Positions 59,657 through 64,000 of a DNA stretch of 64,000 nt are shown piece by piece. The stretch comes from Felis catus (Eukaryota), in contig NC_058376.1 of the NCBI RefSeq assembly GCF_018350175.1, positions 14,260,001 through 14,324,000 of the forward strand, written 5' to 3'. The notes beneath the pieces were generated by a model. It had not been told where the DNA came from. It saw nothing but the letters and a program-made list of their open reading frames with translations, and did not search any database. The stretch's first letter is position 1. Every line of letters starts with the position of its first letter. A program made the translations under genes and the position numbers.

Positions 59657-59873
59657 TGTTTTATTTGTTTTATTTTTAAAATTTTTAAAAAATGTTTATT
59701 TATTTTTGAGACAGAGAGAATGAGGGGCAGAGAGAGACACACACCAAATCTGAAGCAGGCTCCAGGCTCTGAGCTGTCAGCACAATCTGACACGGGGCTC
59801 GAACTTACAAACTGTGAGATCGTGACCTGAGCTGAAGTTGGATGCTTAACAGATGGAGCCACCGAGGTGCCCC
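59657..59873 (-). mobile_element. CanSINE
   Basis: Consensus body, T-rich tail. Confidence 0.88.
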
Positions 59874-60982
59874 AGGAAATTATTTTAAAATCTGCATCAG
59901 ATCTAAGTTATTTGCTATAATCTTCGTGTTCTTTTTTATAAACCAAGCTACTGTGGTATTGCTTATTTGGTTTACGTCAAATTAAACTTTGATTTTCAAA
60001 CATTTCAAACCCAAGTTTTGTTTAATTCTTGACACTTAAAAATCAGCATGCATGCACCTCTATGCGCAGTAGGTTTTGCAAGGGGAAACAGTGGATCTTT
60101 TCATTTGTTGTGCTGTGAATTTTATGTTGGCAGCCTTTGTGATAAGAGATAATAGCTCATACACATTTGGTATGATGAGGGACCAGGATTGCAGTGGCGA
60201 TATCACTTGAGTTATTTGCCCTCAGAGGTCTACCAAATTGCCTCGACCAGATATTTATACGCTTGTGGTTTCTGACAAGGTTCCTGAGTTTCTCCATTAA
60301 TTTAAAAATTCAACTTTTGCACATAATACCACTAGACTTTTCCACATATGTCTTTAGTGTATTTGGAAATACTTCAAAGCACTGAAAGAAAGGAAAAGTA
60401 TTCAGTGCAAGATGGTGGTGGAATTGCAGACTTCAAACCAAACAGGAAGGTGAAAGTATTTGAATATCGTCAGGTAAACAACAGGGACTTAATGAAAGAT
60501 AACAGCCTTGAATGAATTTTCTCTGAAGAGATTAAAAAGCACACAGCAGCATGAGACTGGGGTCAATATTTTGTGAAAACAAAGGTGATGAATGTCTTAC
60601 TGGAAAGGTACATGAAGTAATATTTCCGAATATTTATACTAGAAAACAAAGTGTACTGCTTAACACTTTAAAAAATCTTAGGAACACTAACTCAATAAAA
60701 GATTAACTGTTACTATGTTGAGATAAGAAAAGATATTGGCAGAGATAGGAAAGAGAGGGAAGAAATAATATCAATAAAGATCTTTAAAAGAACTATGAAC
60801 GAAGTAAAAAACATAACTAATATGGAGTAAAACCATGTCAGTGACAGAGGCCAGCCATGGAAAAATATATGGAATCCAAAATAAAAAGCCATGGGGAGGA
60901 AAGTGATCAGAAGATGATACCTGTCCAATTAAATGTTATCCAGGAGATGATGCTTTCTAAGATCAACTGAAGTGGTATTTCT

Positions 60983-61213
60983 TTTCTTTTCTTCTTTTTT
61001 TTTTTTTTTACATTTATTTATTTTTGAGAGACAGAGTGAGACAAAGTGAGAGTGGGGGAGGAGCAGAGAGAGAGGGAGACACAGGATTTGAAGCAGGCTC
61101 CAGGCTCTGAGCTGTCAGCACAGAGCCCCACGCGGGGCTCGAACCCACAGACCGTGAGATCGTGACCTGAGCCGAAGTCAGACGCTCTACCGACTGAGCC
61201 ACCCAGGCGCCCC
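60983..61213 (-). mobile_element. CanSINE
   Basis: TSD TGAAGTGGTATTTCT at 60968-60982 and 61214-61228. Confidence 0.93.
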
Positions 61214-61728
61214 TGAAGTGGTATTTCTAAAGAAAACAATTCAAAATAAGAAAGAAAAGTATCCAAAGTAAATGAAACTTCAGTAAGCCAAAGAAATAAA
61301 ATCTATTGATAAAAAGCACTGCAGGTGCCCACCAAAATGAAGGAAAAGTGGTAGTAACAAGGCATAACTGGTGGGAATTAATAAACTTCACGTATAAACC
61401 TAGATTTCTACATGGGACTGGGCGGAAGAAATGTCATCTGAAGAGAACAAAAACAATTTCTGTTCTTCAATGTCTCTTCCACAGCTGGGATACCAGAAGG
61501 AAGTAGAACACTGATTACAATATGTTGAGGAAAAGAGTTGCTAAGCCAAAAATTTACTCCCTCCTCCAATATTGTCCCATGCATCAAGATACTAGGAAGT
61601 GATTTTCAAATATATAAAGATTCAGAAAGGAGATCATTAATGTATCTTTGATAGAAGCAAAGCAAAACAAAATAAAATTACTTTAAGATGTAGATCAGTC
61701 AACTGAGGACTGAATAAAAAATGATATG

Positions 61729-61941
61729 TGGGGCACCTGGGTAGCTCAGTTGGTTAAGCATCAGACTCTTGATATCAGCTCAGGTCACGATCCCATGGTT
61801 CATAAGATTGAGCCTCGGGTCGGACTCTGTGCCGACAGTGCAGAGCCTGCTTAGGATTCTTTCTCTCCTTCTTTCTCTCTGCCCCTTCCTGCTCATGCTC
61901 TCTCTCTCTCAAAATAAAACATTTAAAAAAATAAAAAAAAA
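61729..61941 (+). mobile_element. CanSINE
   Basis: Consensus head, (CT)n, A tail. Confidence 0.88.
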
Positions 61942-62339
61942 TAGATCTGGAAGACAATCTATTATTTTCTTAGAATTTCTGAATATTGCTAAAATAGGAT
62001 CTTTGTAGTTTAATATCTATGGAATTCTTGAGGAAATTGTGCAACATCCACTCCTTAGAGTTATCCAGACAGCAAAGACAGCCACACAAGATTTTAAGGA
62101 AGAGACAATTTTGAGAGTTAGAATAATCTATAGATCATTGAAAAAGGTAGGAAAGTTTCAAAATTTGTCAACTAGAAATCAAAAATAGTATTTTCACTAT
62201 TGAGGCAAAAATGTAGAATATTAACAAATACAATTACAACTGCATTTTATAAGCCCCTTGACTAAGTGGTATTCTTTCTTGGATTGCTAGGATAATATTA
62301 TGAATTCATATGATTAGTTTAAAGGAGATAAAATGAAAC

Positions 62340-62497
62340 CAGTAGTGTTCGAATCACCTGGGAAATTGTTAGAAATGCAATTTTCAAGCCCCACCCAGAT
62401 CCATTGAATCAGCCTTCCTGCAGTTGGGGTCCAGCAACCTTGTTGTAGCAAGCTCTCCAGGAGATCATTATACAGACTAAAGTTTGGGAACTCCTGG
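62340..62497. mobile_element. MER5A-like DNA transposon relic
   Basis: GAATCACCTGGG...AAATGCA...GCCCCACCCAGA...GAATCAG...AAAGTTTGGGAAC. Confidence 0.7.
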
Positions 62498-63139
62498 CAT
62501 AAAGGAAGTGGGTGACCCTCGGTCTCCTTACTTCACCCTATTTTTAGTATATTTTCTACCAGATTTCATTGGCATTTATTTGGATTTATTTATTTATAAT
62601 GGACTCTTTTGATTAGCTCATATTTATTTACAATATTTTTGAGTGGCTTCTGACTCAATAGCCAACTCATCTGTAGATTGTATTAGTTCTCATTCATTAT
62701 TTCCCTTTATTACCTAGTAATGCTAAAAGAAACAGTGGTGATTTTGGACACCATTGTCTTGTTTACTCATTTGTGGGAATTTTTTAGGGTTTCAACAACA
62801 GATTTGATGTCAAAATTTGTTTAAAGAAAGATAAATACTCTCCAACTAAAACCTGTTTTGAAAAAGATATTCTTCACCAGTTTTATCAATAACTTTCTCA
62901 TTATGAATAGATGTTGAATTTTATCAAGTATCTTTCTCAGATCAATTAATATAATTTCATTTTATCTCCTTTAAACTGATCATATGAATTCATAATATTA
63001 TCCTAGGCCTCCCACTCCGTGCTCCGACCACACTCCCCTGTATCCTTTATTTACTGGGCATTTTTCTCAAATATTAAGATATCAGATTCACCTGATGATT
63101 GCATACATAGGACAGGCATAGGAAGTTTTTGTTTAGGTA

Positions 63140-63313
63140 AATGATTCTCAAATCTGAATGCACATCATGCTTACCTAGAGAGCTTTTGTTAAATGCAAAT
63201 GTCTGGACCCCATCCCTGAGATTTTTATTTAATTGATCTGAAGTGAGACTGTTGGCATGTTATAAAAGCTTCCCCAGGAAATTTAGTCCACCTTCATAAT
63301 TGAAAAAAGCTTC
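63140..63313. mobile_element. MER5-like DNA transposon relic
   Basis: TTCTCAAATCTGAATGCACATCA...AAATGCAAATGTCTGGACCCCATCCC. Confidence 0.55.
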
Positions 63314-63471
63314 CCTATTACCTCAAAGCCTGCTGGAGAAAAAATGTGCCTCAGACCAGGAATTGAGAACTTCCCCCCAAAAAGCCAGATCTTTTTTTTT
63401 TTTTTTTTCCTTACTGCCACCTGGAAATACATGTTTTCCATTTGATTGAGGTTAAATTCAAGAGTCCCTCT

Positions 63472-63709
63472 GGGGGCTCCTGGGTGGTGCAGTCGGTTAA
63501 GCGTCTGACTTCAGCCAGGTCAGGATCTCGCGGTCCGTGAGTTCGAGCCCCGTGTCAGGCTCTGGGCTGATGGCTCGGAGCCTGGAGCCTGTTTCCGATT
63601 CTGTGTCTCCCTCCCTCTCTGCCCCTCCCCCGTTCATGCTCTGTCTCTCTCTGTCCCAAAAATAAATAAAAAATGTTGGAAAAAAAATTAAAAAAAAAAA
63701 AAAAAAAAA
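63472..63709 (+). mobile_element. Young CanSINE
   Basis: Long poly(A); TSD AAGAGTCCCTCT at 63460-63471 and 63710-63721. Confidence 0.94.
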
Positions 63710-63794
63710 AAGAGTCCCTCTGTTGTTAAATATATGTAGAGAACCTGAATTACCCTACAACAACTGCTGAGGACTCAGGCATTTTACCATCTAC

Positions 63795-63863
63795 ACTGGT
63801 TAATTTTATGGGTCCCTTTGGCCAGGCTATGGAGCCCAGATGTTCAGTTAAACACCAGTCTAG
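63795..63863 (+). mobile_element. Possible MLT2-type LTR 5' end, cut by N gap
   Basis: TGGTTAATTTTATGGGTC...GCCCAGATGTTCAGTTAAACAC resembles the MLT2 start. Confidence 0.45.
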
Positions 63864-64000
63864 NNNNNNNNNNNNNNNNNNNNNNNNNNNNNNNNNNNNN
63901 NNNNNNNNNNNNNNNNNNNNNNNNNNNNNNNNNNNNNNNNNNNNNNNNNNNNNNNNNNNNNNNNNNNNNNNNNNNNNNNNNNNNNNNNNNNNNNNNNNAG

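Overview
Mammalian (carnivore, most likely felid, judging by the CanSINE/SINEC_Fc-type SINEs and carnivore L1) genomic DNA from the high glycine-tyrosine keratin-associated protein (HGT-KAP) locus. It holds ten intronless + strand KRTAP21-family genes or gene copies plus one probable split relic. Seven (ATGs at 7217, 11137, 15143, 19207, 23219, 27155, 31289) lie in a ~4 kb-period tandem array (~4077-34280) with a ~12 kb higher-order duplication and mosaic promoter/CDS/3' flank combinations. A disrupted L1 (minus strand, 1-4076) interrupts the array on the left, and an SSBP1 processed pseudogene (33702-34240) sits at its right edge. To the right are a copy with an intact frame but ATG>ATT start (39104), a 181-aa copy with a coding minisatellite (43748) and a C-terminally truncated 115-aa copy (50578). 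The rest is SINEs (one nested), L1 fragments (one twin-primed, one carrying an inverted copy of its own flank), MER DNA-transposon relics and microsatellites. Three N-gaps fall at the same microsatellite position in the array unit, so copy number and order are provisional. No prokaryote-style systems (CRISPR, rRNA, tRNA genes) are present. Family assignments come from my recall of the human proteins and repeat consensuses, not from a database search.
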